DNA from: Octopus sinensis
Lineage: Eukaryota
Length of the DNA: 64,000 bases
Assembly (NCBI RefSeq): GCF_006345805.1
Contig: NC_043009.1
Location: 25,296,001-25,360,000, forward strand
Reading direction: 5' to 3'
The position numbers and the translations under genes are program-made. How positions within the stretch are numbered: position 1 is the stretch's first letter; each line of letters opens with the position of its first letter. Below the pieces are notes generated by a model. That model ran no database searches and was not told the origin of the DNA. It saw only the letters and a list, made by a program, of their open reading frames with translations. Of the stretch, positions 13,991-28,900 are shown in pieces.

Positions 13991-16457
13991 ATATATAATA
14001 TATACTCATACATACACACATAAACACACTTCCACACGTGCACACACATGCGTGTGTTGGTCAGCATGTGACAACTTGTTAATGGCTCCTACATAGGTTT
14101 GGCATCAGATTTCTGTCGATGTCGTTAACCCTATATGATGAATAGCTGTTCATAAATGCTAGGCTTTTATTTCAACTATTGTCCAATCGCTTCTTTTAAA
14201 ATATTCTCCATAGTCGCCACGTATGCTACATAAACTATTGCTTGTATTCACACACACCACACACACGCAGCAATCCAAGAGATGTGTGTGTGTGTGCGAG
14301 TGTGTGCTTTCTGTATAAACTATATTTGACAATCATGAGTTATTGCCCTTGGTTAGTCGCAGTCGTCATCATCATGAAGCATTAACTCTCGATCGATTTC
14401 ACTTTTCTGATTAAGAACCAACCATCTTTTAACTTGTTTCAGTCCTCATTAGAGTGCGGCCATGCTGGGGCACCGCATTCAAGGGTTTTTAGTCGAACAA
14501 TTAGACCCCAGTATTGACTTCTTTTTCAAGTCTGGGACTTATTCTATCGGTTTCTTTTTGCCAAGCCGCTAAGTTACAGGGATGTAAAAAATTCATATTT
14601 ATATATATATTTACGTGTAAGTGCTTTTGGCTACAGCATGGCCACAGTCTTGGGGCTGAAACGTATAAAAGAATGCATGTATAGGCGCAGGCGTGGCTGT
14701 GTGGTAAGATGCTTGCTTCCCATGCACATGGTTCCGGGTTCAGTCCCTCTGCGTCGCACCATGGGCAAGTGTCTTCTATAAGCTTCGGGTCGACCAAAGC
14801 CTTGTAAACGGAAACTGAAAGAAGGCCGTCATATATATGTATATGATATGTGTGTGTGTCTTTGTACATTATTTACATTTGATGGATATTTTTCCTCATC
14901 TTGTTATTAATGCAACGTTTTGGTTGATATACCCTCCAACCTTCATCAGGTGTCTTGGGGAAATTTCGAGTCTGGGTTCTCATTCCTAAGGTATTTTGCG
15001 ATGTTATTATTATTATTATTATTATCATCATCATCATCATTATTATTATTATTTCCTTCTTTCTTCAAATTTTCTTCCATTTCTTGCCAAGTGTTTTCCG
15101 CACAGTATGCATTGTATGCATTACCAGATTACACACGCAAATTCACGGATAAATAAGTTCATGAATGGATGTTATTTTCACAGTGATAATGCTCTTTTCA
15201 GTACATGAGCTGTTCCAGTTAATACGATTTTTTGCACTTCCTGTAGGGATGGTAAGCCTGGTATCATTTTCAAATAGGTTTCAGTACCTTTTTTTATCAT
15301 TCCTAGAGATCCTACAATTACTGGTACTGTAGTCGCCTTGAGATGCCACATTTTTTCAATTTCTATTAGCAAGTCTTATATTTACTGATCTTGTCAAATT
15401 CTTTTGCCGCTATATTGTGATTGCAAGGAATACTCATATCAATTAATAAACACACTTTTTTTGTCTGTATGTACGGGGGAAGTCCCATAGAATCGACACA
15501 CTTTCTCCCTCAGTCACAGCTTCAGGATGGTGTTTATACAATTTGTAAGCGGTTTTGATTTTATAAAGCCGACATATTATCCAGTGTAAATACTGGCCAA
15601 CTCTGTCATGTCTTGCTTTATATTCTACAGGTGCTAAGACTCTACACCCTGAGATTAGGTGGTCTATAGTTTCAATCTCATTGTTACAGAATCGGCATTT
15701 TGGGTCAGCTCCATTTTTTATCACATTGGCACATATTTTTATTATTATTATTATTCAGGGCATACGGCGTAGTGGTTAAGAGCGTGGGCTACTAACCCCA
15801 AGATTCCAGGCAGTGACATGAATAATAATAATAATAACATAGAAAAATACCTTAGGAATGAGAACCCAGGTTCGAAATTTCCCCAACACACCTGATGAAG
15901 GCTGGAGAATATATCAGCTGAAACATTGTGTTAACAACAAACAAGATGAAGACAAATATCTGTCAAATGTAAAATAATGTAAATAATGTACATAAATCCT
16001 CTTCTCTTAAATATAGGACTGTATTATATATATATATATGCTTGCACACATACACACATAGACACACATTCACATATAAATATGTTTATAAATAGATATG
16101 TGTGTATGTGTACATATATATTATAAATATATGTTTTTCATTTCAGGACACAGGAATAGGAATGAATAAGGATGAAATCATTGAAAATCTAGGAACTATT
16201 GCCAGATCTGGTTCCACTGTAAGTACCAATACCATTTCATTTCACAGTGTATGTGTGTATAAAAATGGGTCTCTGATTTGGGACTTTCTTACTTAAAAGC
16301 AATTTTCAAATTGTTCTTTCTTTGGTGCATACCTGTGTTCTTTGATAAAGCTTTAGTTTCTGTATGACAGCTTGGGCAAGTGTCTTCTACTATAGCCTCA
16401 GTCTGACCAAAGCCTTGTGAGTGGATTTTGTAGATGGAAACTGAAAGAAGCCTATCG

Positions 16458-16493
<36 letters not shown>

Positions 16494-18703
16494 ATATGTT
16501 GTTTGGTCTGTGTTTTTTCCCCCCAACATCACTTTTCAACTGATGCTGGTGCCTTTATGTCCCCGTTCAGCAAAAGAAACCAATAGAATAAGTACTATGT
16601 TTACAAAGAATAAGTCCTGGGGTCAATTTGCTTAAGTAAAAGCCATGCTCTAGCATGGCCGCAGTCAAATGACTGAAACCAGTAAAAAGAATCCACTCCT
16701 TAACCTGGTATTAGTTATTGTCCAGTGTGGCCACCCTCCACGAGCAGCATCCTGTACTACAGCTTGCAAAGTCCATATTTCTCTCCACACACAGAACAAC
16801 TGTTGCAGTTTAGTTGTGTGTCATCCCTGTATGGAACACACCATGTTTATCAATGTATAAGCCACACACCTAATTTAGTGTTAAATCTTGGCATAAGATT
16901 TATCCTTTCACATGCCAGTGTCATGCAGTCACACTGGTGCTGTTGCTGTGTAAAAAGTACCTTAATCTGTAAAGTGGTTGGCATTAGGAAGGGCATCCAG
17001 CCATAGAAATCATGCCTAAGCAGACAATTGGACGCTGGTGCAGCTGTCTGGCTTACCAGCTCCTACCAACACATCCAACCCACGCCAACATGGGTATTTT
17101 GTTCATCATCCTTAAACAAACCTTATTCAGGGACCTTTTGAACGGGATGGCTACTCAACTTGAAGAAAATTCTAACTGGGCTTTACCTGCAAGGTCATGC
17201 ATTGTTTATCTTGATATAAGGTCCCCATATCACGCACATATGATTATGATGCATGTTCCTGGGGTACCCTTATCAGACGGGCAGTCATGATGGGTATAAT
17301 GGGCTACGTAAATTTTACCCCGGTGTCACTTTGATGGCATGCACTGCTCTCTCACTAAATAATAATAGTAATACCCTACGATCTAGGTATATTGCAAACA
17401 TCGGCATTACTTGGAACTGCACTCAGATTGCATAAAGTACTGTCTGTCTGAGGTCCTTGTGATTTGAACAGCTCCTACCAACCCATGCCAACATGGAAAA
17501 CGGATGTTAAATTATGACAACAATGGTGGTGGCAGCAGTAGTAGTGGGAGAGGTGGTGGTATTCAGACTTTATGTTAGCTTTTCCCTGTTTATAAGTTAC
17601 TCCCTGGTTAGTTTCAGATAAACTCAAGTTAAAATAGTGCAATTTATACACAAGCAAATATGATACTTTGTCGTATGGACGGCTGTAAAGTACATGATTA
17701 AGATACTTGTATATAAAATATACAATAATAAGCTTTCACTGTATAAATTGAGTGTAGAAAACTGTCAAATATTATGACATATAAACCCCTGACTGACAAA
17801 AAATGGGCATTAACACTCGTGGGAATATATGTCCTACTAGAGTCAGTTTATGATGAAAACTTATAAGTATATTTACAAAATTTTCACTCGTCAATGTTTC
17901 TTAACTCTCACAGAATATGCATATATCTTCTACCTATATAAAACAGGAAAAAAACTTGCACGCTTTGGCTTTGGTAAGGATTCAATGGCACTAAATCCGA
18001 TCGGATTCATTTACAGGGACATGTAAAAAGAGGCAAGGATGTGACTGGGCTAGGTTAGAATCCCTATCTCAAAAGCTGTGGATACTAGGACAAAAAACCC
18101 CACACTTTGACAAGTGTTTGTCATTTCTCTCTTTCTCTTATCTGCCCGTCTTCCTCCGTCTCTCTCTCTTTCCTTCCTTCCCTTCACTTCTCTCTATAAC
18201 GATGTTTGAAGTTTCCACTATCTTTCCCTCGCCGCCTTCGCCAGTACTGTCACTCTTTCTTCCACATCCTCTCTCTCTCTTTGTACATGGCAAAAAGAGT
18301 GAAAATTCATTGTCTTTAAAAGGACTTTGACAAGTGTTTGTTGTTTCTCTCTTACAGTTATTACCCTTTCTTCTTCCATCTCTCTTTCCCTCCTCTTTAT
18401 CTCTATAACAGCTTTTGACAGCTTCTACTCATTCTTTCCCTCTCTTTCTCCCCCAGCCTCTCTCTCTCTCTTTCTCTCTCTCTCTTTCTGTATCTATAGA
18501 GAGAAAGTGTTGACAGCTGCAAGTGTGATTAATGGAGAGGAATGAAATAGTAAATAATTATATTGTGTCAGAAATATATTTCACTCTCTTGAAGTTTAAA
18601 TATTCCCGCTACAGGGCTTTTACAACGGTGAATTATTATTGCCCACCACCACCGCACAATAATGATAACAGATATTATTAATCAGACATTTATTATGTTA
18701 GTT

Positions 18704-18762
<59 letters not shown>

Positions 18763-21316
18763 ATATATATATATATATATATAATTTATATATATAAAGT
18801 GCATATATCGATATTTCAATATATATATGTGTGTGTGTATATATATATATGTGTGTCTGTGTATGTATATAATGCGTATATATGTACATATATATTTAAT
18901 GTGTATGTATATATATAATTTGTGCATATGTGATCGGATAGAGCTGAAAATTTGCACACCTATGTTAAAAGTGCTGGCGAGTTTGCATATTTGAAACGCG
19001 TGGCCTCCAGAGCAACATTCTTCATCTTTTAAAATGTGGTCTGCGTAAACCCAAATGAAACCAGGTTATAATACCGAAACAAGTAAAACAAGAATAAACT
19101 ATTTTAATCCCAAGCAAGGCCGGGTTTGTCTTCTAGTTTACATATATAATTTAGATATTTGTGTTTTGGTGTGTCTTTGACAGGAGTTCCTGAAACAAAT
19201 GCAAGAACAACCAGGCAGTGAAGTTGGCAGCAACATTATTGGTCAGTTTGGTGTTGGCTTCTACTCTACCTTCATGGTCGGCACCAATGTCGAGGTGTAC
19301 ACCCAGTCCTACGTACCCGGAACACCAGCCTACAAGTGGTCATCTGATGGGTAAGACTTTCTGGTTAGCTTGCTACATTGAATTGCTGAGGGATTCATGT
19401 CTGGCCAAATAAAATATGGACGTGTGTGTGTGTGTATCTCCTTGTTTTCACATCATGTAATAGTTGTAAATGAGTGTCATTGTTATACAAGCAGTGTCAT
19501 TCGTTTCCAATATTCTGTAAAAACATGTCTAACCAGCGGGGAAATATTACTTTGCTAAGAAGCAGGTGAGGGTTGGGGACAGCAAGGCCATCCAGCTGTA
19601 GAATATCTGCTTCGATAATCTTTGATCCATGCAAGCATGGGGCAGGGGCGAAAAAACAGACGTTAAAATGATGGTGCTGGTGCTAGCAGCAGCAGTGGGG
19701 ATCCTGATGTTGGTGGTAGTGATGAGGATGAGGAAGTGGAAGAAGATGGTTATCATGGTGGTGGTGGTGGTGGCATACTGCTGCTGTTGATGATGATGTT
19801 GATACTGACAACATAAATGAGCAATGCTAGTGATTTGACGAATTTTAAGTTTAAGTAAAAAAAATGTCAGATCACTGTTTGTGGTTTTGGAAATTTCAAT
19901 ACATTCTTATATTTCAGTAAAAATTTAGTCTGTACATATAGTTCTATATTTAAGAGATGAGGAATTATTTACATTTGATGGATATTTGTCCTCATCTTGT
20001 TTGTTGTTAACTCAACGTTTCGGCTGATATACCCTCCAGCCTTCATCAGGTGTCTTGGGGAAATTTTGAACCTGGGTTCTCATTCCTAAGGTATTATTCG
20101 TCATCGTCGCCACCGCCATAGTTGTTGATGAGGAGGAGGAGGAAATTACCGCATGGAATCGAACTTGGAATCTTGGGGTTAGTGATGTAGTGGTTAAGAG
20201 CGCGGACTACTAACCCCAAGATTCCGAGTTCGATTCCAGGCAGTGACCTATATAATAATAATAATTATAATAATAATAATAACATCGAAAAATACCTCAG
20301 GGATGAGAACCCAGGTTCGACATTTCCCCAAGACACCTGATGAAGGCTGGAGGGTATAACAAGATGAGGACAAATATCCATCAAATGTAAATCATGTAAA
20401 GTTTGTACAGTTTTACCAATTCCAAGTCCAGCAACCCATTAATTGCTTCTAGTTCTAACTCCACGACTCTGACTCTACAAACCTCACAGGAAGCTTATTG
20501 CATTTTATAAGATACAGAGAGGAAAATGGCAGTAGTGGTGGTGGTGGTGGTGGTGGTGGTGGCGGCAGTAGTGACAGCTGCCACTGCTGGGGACTAAGCA
20601 CACCACTGGTTCTGTATTCCTGCCAGAAGCCATAGAGTACACAACCAACCTTGTATGGCATATCTTCATGCTGCAGATTGAGTTTAACACTTCAGCATTT
20701 AAACCAGCCATAACCAGCCAAAATGTGAAGCTGCATGGCTCAGTGGTTAGAGCGTCGAGTTTACGATCATGAGGTTGTGGGTTCGAATCACGGACCGAGC
20801 TGCGTGTGTGTGTTCTTGAGCAAGACACTTTATTTCACATTGCTCCAGTTAACTCAGCTGTAGAAATGAGTTGCGACATCACTGGTGCCAAACTGTATCG
20901 GCCCCTTTGCCTTTCCCTTGGATAACGTCAGTATGCATGGGTGACTGCTGGTATGCACAGGTGACTGTTGGTCTTCCATAAGACAACCTTGCCCAGACTT
21001 GTGCCTCGGAAGGCAAGTTTCTAGGTACAATCTCATGGACATTCATGACCGAAAGGGTGGTGGGGGCCACCCTCACCCTCATCCGGCCAAAATATTCTAC
21101 TGGGTTTATGTTTAAGCTGGCCGCATCTGGCCTCTCACACTTACGTTACAATATTATACTAAAACTCAACAATCATGTCATTGAAATTTCAAAGCTACAA
21201 GAAAATACATGACCAATTCATAGGAACAGGAATATGTAAGCATTTGACAAAGTAATCTGAAGACTAAAGGATCAAGAGATATTCAGATATTAATCCCATT
21301 AATCCCTGATATTATA

Positions 21317-21382
<66 letters not shown>

Positions 21383-21666
21383 ATATATATATATATGTAT
21401 GTATATATATATATATGTATGTATATATATATATATATGTATATATAATATATATGTATATATATATATGATATATATATATATATGTATGTATGTATAT
21501 ATATGTATATATATATATGTGTATATATTATATATATATATATGTATATATATATAATATATGTGTATGTATATATATATATGTGTATATATATATATGT
21601 GTATATATATATATATATAATATATATATATATATATGTATATATATTATATATATATATATATAT

Positions 21667-21700
<34 letters not shown>

Positions 21701-21712
21701 TGTATATATATA

Positions 21713-21763
<51 letters not shown>

Positions 21764-23208
21764 GTTGAATTTTCTCACCACATCAGCTCTATTTCTGTTG
21801 GTCTGTTATGATTTTCAGTGAGTTTTCCTTCTATTATAATTATTTATTAATTATAAAATGTTATCGATTAGCCATTATTGCTTGCTGGCCACTAATATTA
21901 TTATGCGTCTTATTATTAATTATTTATGTATTTACTTTAAGAATGATGATGGTGATGACGACGACAAGGACGACGATCTTTCTACTGGAAGGACAAGGCC
22001 TCAAATTATGGTGGAAGCGGTTACATTAAGTCAGTTACATTGATCCCAGTACACAGCTGGTACTTAATTTATTGACCCTGAAAGGATAAGTCGACCTCAG
22101 AGGAATTTGAACTCAGAACGTAAAGACAGACGAAATGCCGCTAAGCATTTCATCTGGCATGCTAATGATTCTGCCAGCTCACCGCCTTAATAATAATAAT
22201 AATGATGATGATGATGATATCGATATGAATATTCATTCGAATATTTACTCATTTATTGTCTTTATACATATATATATACACACACATACTCACTAGAGTA
22301 GGAAGGGCATCCAGCTGTAAAAACTGTGCCAAAACAGACTGGAGTTTGATGCAACCCACTGGCTTGCCAGCTCTGGTCAAACAGTCCAACTCATGCCAGC
22401 ATGGACAACAGATGTTAAATGATGATAAAGATATATATATATATGTACATGGGCAGTGAGCTGGCAGAATCATTAGCACGCCACGCGAAATGCTTAGCGA
22501 TATTTTGTCTGGCGTTACGTTCTGAGTTCAAATTCCACCAAGGTCGACTTTGCCTTTCATCTTTTCAGGGTTGATTAAATAAGTACCAGTTATGCACTGG
22601 GGCGATGTAATCAACTTAATCCCTTTCACTGTCCTTGTTTGTCCCCTCTATGTTTAGCTCCCTGTGGGCAATAAAGAAATATATATGTGTGTGTGTGTGT
22701 GTATAGATATATGTATATGTATGTATGTATGTATAGTGTGATGCTGGTAGGTGCAGTTGTGATGCAAATAGAAGCAGGAGTTGGTTAATAATTATTAATT
22801 TCAGTGTCGCCCTATTATCATGGAATGATGGATGGTCTCTGTGTCTTTCTTGAAGATTGATTCCACTTGTGTAATGAGCAAGACATCAGACAACGGTGCC
22901 ATTGTTTAGCACAGCATGAATAATGTCCAAATATTGCTGGGAAATCTGTTCTATGAATCCATTCACTGACCACACTTTATGTACGATATCTGACACAAAA
23001 CACCTATTAGGATGATACCTCTCTCTCTCTCTCTCTCTCTCTCAAGGGGCAAATAAGAAGATATGTTACCTTACTAAATGCTCTCCACTATCCCTGCATC
23101 TTATCAATGTAAAATAGGCGAAGATCAATGCATGAAGAATCAATCAAATCTTATGCAACACTCCATAGAACAAATGGATTAATTGATTTCTTCTTATGTA
23201 CAGGTCTA

Positions 23209-23285
<77 letters not shown>

Positions 23286-23956
23286 TCTTTACTCTTTTAT
23301 TTGTTTCAGTCATTTGACTGTGGCCATGCTGGAGCACTGCCTTTAGTCGAGCAAATCGACCCCAGGACTTATTCTTTGTAAGCCTAATACTTATTCTGTC
23401 GGTCTCTTTTGCCGAACTGCTAAGTTACAGGGACATAAACACACCAGCATCGGTTGTCAAGTGATGTTGGGGGAACAAACACAAACACACACACACACAT
23501 ATATATATTTACATATATACAACAGGCTTCATTCAGTTTCCGTCTACCAAATTCACTCTGCCCAAGGCTATAGTAGAAGACACTTGCCCAAGGTGCCACA
23601 TAGTGCGACTGAACCTGGAACCATGTGGTTGGTAAGCAAGCTACTTACCACACATCCACTCCTATGCCTATTTGATTTATATATATATGTTACGGCAAAA
23701 AAGAAAATTGAGAGGATACAAAACTGACATACATCAGCCAGTAGACTTTCTATTATGTCATTTTTGTATCCCCTCCACTTTCTTTTTGCCGTATAAATTA
23801 AGGGTAAACCACTTTTTACCCTTGCCCATTTATTACGCTCATTAGTGAAATTTCCCCGCAATAACCAGCACTTGGGTACACTACCAGCAGTATACTGGAT
23901 ATAAGGTGCTATCCCCTATTTGGTTGGCTTCCCAGCCTCTAACTCGCACGGAAATA

Positions 23957-23997
<41 letters not shown>

Positions 23998-25877
23998 GAG
24001 GGTGGTGTGCTGAAAAGCTTCTGGCTGTGGATAAAAGCAAATACAGCAGGATCGGTTAATATTCCCCTTCTTAAATTCACACACTTACTGTAGCAGTCCT
24101 TTAGTTTTTCTAATCCCTGTAAAAGAACTTGAAAGGTCGGGCCTCCAACCAACGCCTTTCTCGATACCCTTAAAGTCAGGAACTTTCCAGCACCCCTTTG
24201 TATATATACACACCTAAACACATGCACAGATAGAGATGCATATGCATACATCTACGCTCATAAACGTGTGTGTATTGATAAAAAAGAAACGATAATCCTT
24301 TATTAAAATGATCACGTACGCATTTTCCCTCTCTAATAAATACGAACACTACACATGTAAGGTAATAACATTACACACACACCACACACTACAATGCACA
24401 CGCAGTCACGTGCATACATACACCCACTACACATGCGCACACACACACACACTACACATGCACACACTGCACATGCACACACTCTACACATGCACACACA
24501 CACACACTACACATGAGCACACACACACTACACATGCACACACACACTACACATACACACACACTACACATACATACACACTACACATACACACACTACA
24601 CATGCTCACATACTGCACATGCACACACACTACACATGCACACACACGCACTATGCATACACACATTACACATGCACACACACACATACACGCACATACA
24701 TATGGTTATAGATGTTCTTTCATATTAAAATTAATTGTTGACTCACTGAACAAAAGCATAAGTGTGTGTGTGTCTGTGTGTGCATGTGTATATACTTGTG
24801 TGTCGTGCTTGCATCTGTGCGTGTGTGTGTATGTATATATATATATAATATATATATGACTATTTGTGCACGTGTGGGGTTTGTCACCAATAGCCATTGT
24901 GTGTGTGTGTGTCTATGTCGACACGTTCATCTTTTCTGCTTACTCTTCGTCACACCACAGCTCCGGAACTTATGACATCACCGAAGCCGAAAACGTCCAA
25001 CGAGGAACCAAAATCATTGTACATCTGAAGGGAGACAGCTACGACTATGCACGGGAGGAAGTCATTCAAGGTAAGACCAGGCGCCAACAGAGGGCGGCAG
25101 TGGTAATGGTAGGGGGGGGGGGGGTTATTATATTTTTCTTAGTTTGGGGGGTGGGGAAACGGCGACGTGTGTAGGTTGTAGGGTGGGGGCAGAGAAGGGT
25201 TGTTGTCTCATCAAGTGGCATTGTGTCTGGAATGACTATGGTTTGGTTGGCTAGTCGACACTTTGGTACCGGCGCTAGTGAATCCTGTCTTCTTCCTATC
25301 TCAAAGGGTGTCTTCCTTCCTCACCATTATTTTTTTTTCTTTATTAATGTCTCGCATCCACACTTTGGCATCCTGGCTGCTGAAAGAGAGAGAGAGAGAG
25401 AGAGAGAACCTGCAAATTAGTGAGTGTCTGTGTGTCTGCAAATATGTATATGGTTTTTGATTGCAAGTATGTGTGTATTTATTTGCATGTGTGTGTGTGT
25501 CTGCAAATATGTGTATGGTCTTTGCAAGTATGTGTGTGTCTGCATGTATGTGTGTGTTTATTTGCAGGTGTGTGTGTGTGATTACATCACTATTGTATAT
25601 TCATGTATATTTTTTCTTGTCTTTTTTTTTCTCTTTATTATTTTTTTTTCTGCTCTACGTTTGTTTATTTGAGTTTTCCCTAATTGTACTGACCCAAATT
25701 TAATTCTTCTTCTTTGTTCTTGTCTGCCTTTCTTTCTTCTTTCTTTCTCTCTCATGTCAAATACAGCCTAGGTCATTGTGCAATTGTGACAAGACTGCAC
25801 TTATCATCGCAATCATCATCACCATCATCATAATCATCTTCAATATATATATATATATTTATATATATGTATGTATG

Positions 25878-25918
<41 letters not shown>

Positions 25919-28900
25919 GTGTGTGTCTGTGTTTGAACCCCACCATTGCTTGACAACTGATGCTGGTTTGTTTACATCCCTGTAACTTAGAGGTTTGGCA
26001 AAAGAGCCCGATAGAATAAGTACTAGGTTTACAAAGAATAAGTCCTGGAGTCGATTTGTTCGACTAAAGGTGGTGCTCCAGCATGGCTGCCGTCAGATGA
26101 CTGAAACAAATAAAAGAATACACACACACATCTATATATATACCCAAACATGCATGCATGTGTGTGTGTGTGTGTCCATGCTGGGGTCACATATAACGCA
26201 CCCGTGCTGGCACCATGTAACTAGCACCTGTGTTGGTCCCACATAAAAAAGCATCCAGTACATTCTGTAAAATGGTTGGCATTAGGAAGGGCATCCAGCT
26301 GTAGAAATCCTGTCAAAACAGATAATGGAGCCTGGTGCAGCTCTTGTCAATGGAAAATGGACATTAAATAATGACGGTGTGGAGGAAGATTTGTATATTT
26401 ATTTCATGTAATGCACGTAGCCAGAGATTTTGACTTGACTCAAACACAACAAACAAGTCCAAATCCACCAAGGAGGAGTCAGGAGAGGCTAATTTGGATT
26501 GGCATGATTTGTGAAGACCTGTTGAGTCAAGTGGAGTCATTGTCATGGCCGATGACAGTACCATCTGATTGACACCCATGCTGATAGGACATAAAAAGCA
26601 CCATTTGAGCATCATCGTTGCCAGTGGTACGTAAAAAGCACCATTCAAGCATGGTCGATGCCAGTACCACCTGACTGGACCTCGTGCTGGTGGCGTGTAA
26701 AAAGCACCTACTATACTCTCGGAAGGGCATCCAGCTGTAGAAACTTTGCCAGATCAGACTGGAGCCTGGTGCAGCCTACTGGTTTTCCAGACCTCAGTCA
26801 AACCGTCCAACCCATTTCAGCATGGAAAGCGGATGTTAAACGACAATGAAGATGATGATGATGATGTATCGAATCTTTTTAAGTTGCAAAAACGAAAACT
26901 TTAATCATGACATTTTGAGAGCATTTAATATGAACATTTCAGATCATTATGTAATAGATTATAAGATATCCATTCGTTGATCTGAAACTTGAAGGTTATA
27001 ATGAAGAAGCATTATTGAATTGTATGGACAGTGTGCATCTCTAGAAATATAGAAATAAAACAGACACCCTGTCAAGAACTGATGTGATCATCATAGCAGA
27101 GATACGGTGGGGTCATTTTTTAAATATTTCTTTATTGCCCACAGGGGGCTAAACATAGAAGGGACAAACAAGGACAGACAAAGGGACTAAGTTGATTACA
27201 TCGGCCCAGTGCATAACTGGTATTTATTTAATCGACCCTGAAGGGATTAAAAGCAAAGTCGATCTCGGCGGAATTTGAACTCAGAACGTAATGGCAGACG
27301 AAATACCGCTAAACAATTCTGCCAGCTTGTCACCCAGTGGTTTGGAAGCAAACCTCTTAGCCATACCCACTAGTGCATCTGTATGTGTGTGTATGTATGT
27401 ATGTATGTATGGAGGCACAGTTGTAGCTGTGTGGTAAGAAGATTGCTTCCCAATCACGTGGTTTCATGTTCAGTCCCACTGCATGGCACTTTGGACAAGT
27501 GTCATCTACTATAGCTTTGGGCCGACGAAAGCCTTGTGAGTGGATTTGGTAGACAGAAAATGAAAGTACCTGTCGCATTTGTGTGTGTGTCCCACTATCG
27601 CTTGGCAACCGATGGTGGTGTGTTTATGCCCCCATAACTTAGCAGTTTGCTAATAAGTCCTGAGGTCGATTTCTTTAACTAAAACCCTTTAATGCGATGC
27701 TCCAGCATGGCCACAGTTACATGCCTGAAACATGTAAAAGCATAAAGGAACACACACACGCACAAACACACACACACACACACGCACAAACACACACACA
27801 CACACACACACACGCACAAACACACACACACACACGTAAGTATACACACTTATTGATGTTTGAATTTTTCCTTTATGGTATCACATTGCGCCTGGCTGTT
27901 TGTATTTATATACCTGCACACGCACGAGTATAACTTACTGTTCCGTTGTAGGTCATATTAACACACACGAAGTGAGAGAGAAATGTTTAAATCTTCCGAA
28001 TTATCGTGTTTCCATGGCTTGAAAGTATTAGTAACCCTTCTTTAAATATACTTTGTATATCAAATGATATATCGGTGTGTGTTTGTGTTTATCAATTACT
28101 TGATAACTGCTGTTGGGTTGTTTATACCTCTGTAACATAACGATCCTGCAAAAGATATTGGTAGAGAAAATAAGGGCGATCCTTCGGTATAAGTACCGGA
28201 AGTGGCTTTGTTTACATTTCTGAAGATAACAGAAACCATTTTCTCCCACCCCTAACCCTAATCTCCCATATATATTTAAAAAAAAACACTTTCTTGAAAT
28301 GTATCCGGTACTTATACCGAAGTTATAAGCAAAAATAAGTAACGGGGTGGATTTCTGTGACTGTACCGGTCAAGGTGGTGCCCAATAACAGATGAAAAAT
28401 GATGTATCCTATCTCCATGTTGTTTATCGCTGCCGATGGAGCGGAGTTTGAATTTGAATCGCTATCCAGCTGTAAATTATAAGAAGGAAAGATAAAATTG
28501 CGAAAGAGAAAGAAAGAAGCCAGCCGTCTTCTATTTCGCTGGTTCTAAAGAATTTAGATACAGCTTTGGTTAAGACTGGACATCGACTTATCACTCATCA
28601 CTCGGCGCAAATTTATCTGTTAGCTATTTATTCATTCATTCATATTTCCGAAACCCACCAAAAGAACGGCAGGAAATTTGTCTTCGCTGAAGAGTATAGT
28701 TTCTGTTTTCAAGGGACATAACTCTTCTAGCTGCTTGGAAATTTGCGCAGTTACTTCCCTTAGACCAGAGGCGGCAGTTTTAGTTTATTTTCAGCTACCA
28801 AAGCACGCACGCGCAGATACATGCTCGTCCCCGATATAACCAGAGGCATAGCTATGGGGTAAAGTAACTTGCTTCCCTACCACCTGGTTTCGTGTTCAGT

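Noticed and set aside
12520-14096. Numerous [10 protein letters not shown] ORFs here and elsewhere
   Set aside because: Translations of (TA)n and (TG)n microsatellites.
20184-20250. Functional tRNA gene
   Set aside because: A and B boxes are present but there is no complete acceptor stem; it continues into a repeated SINE body.
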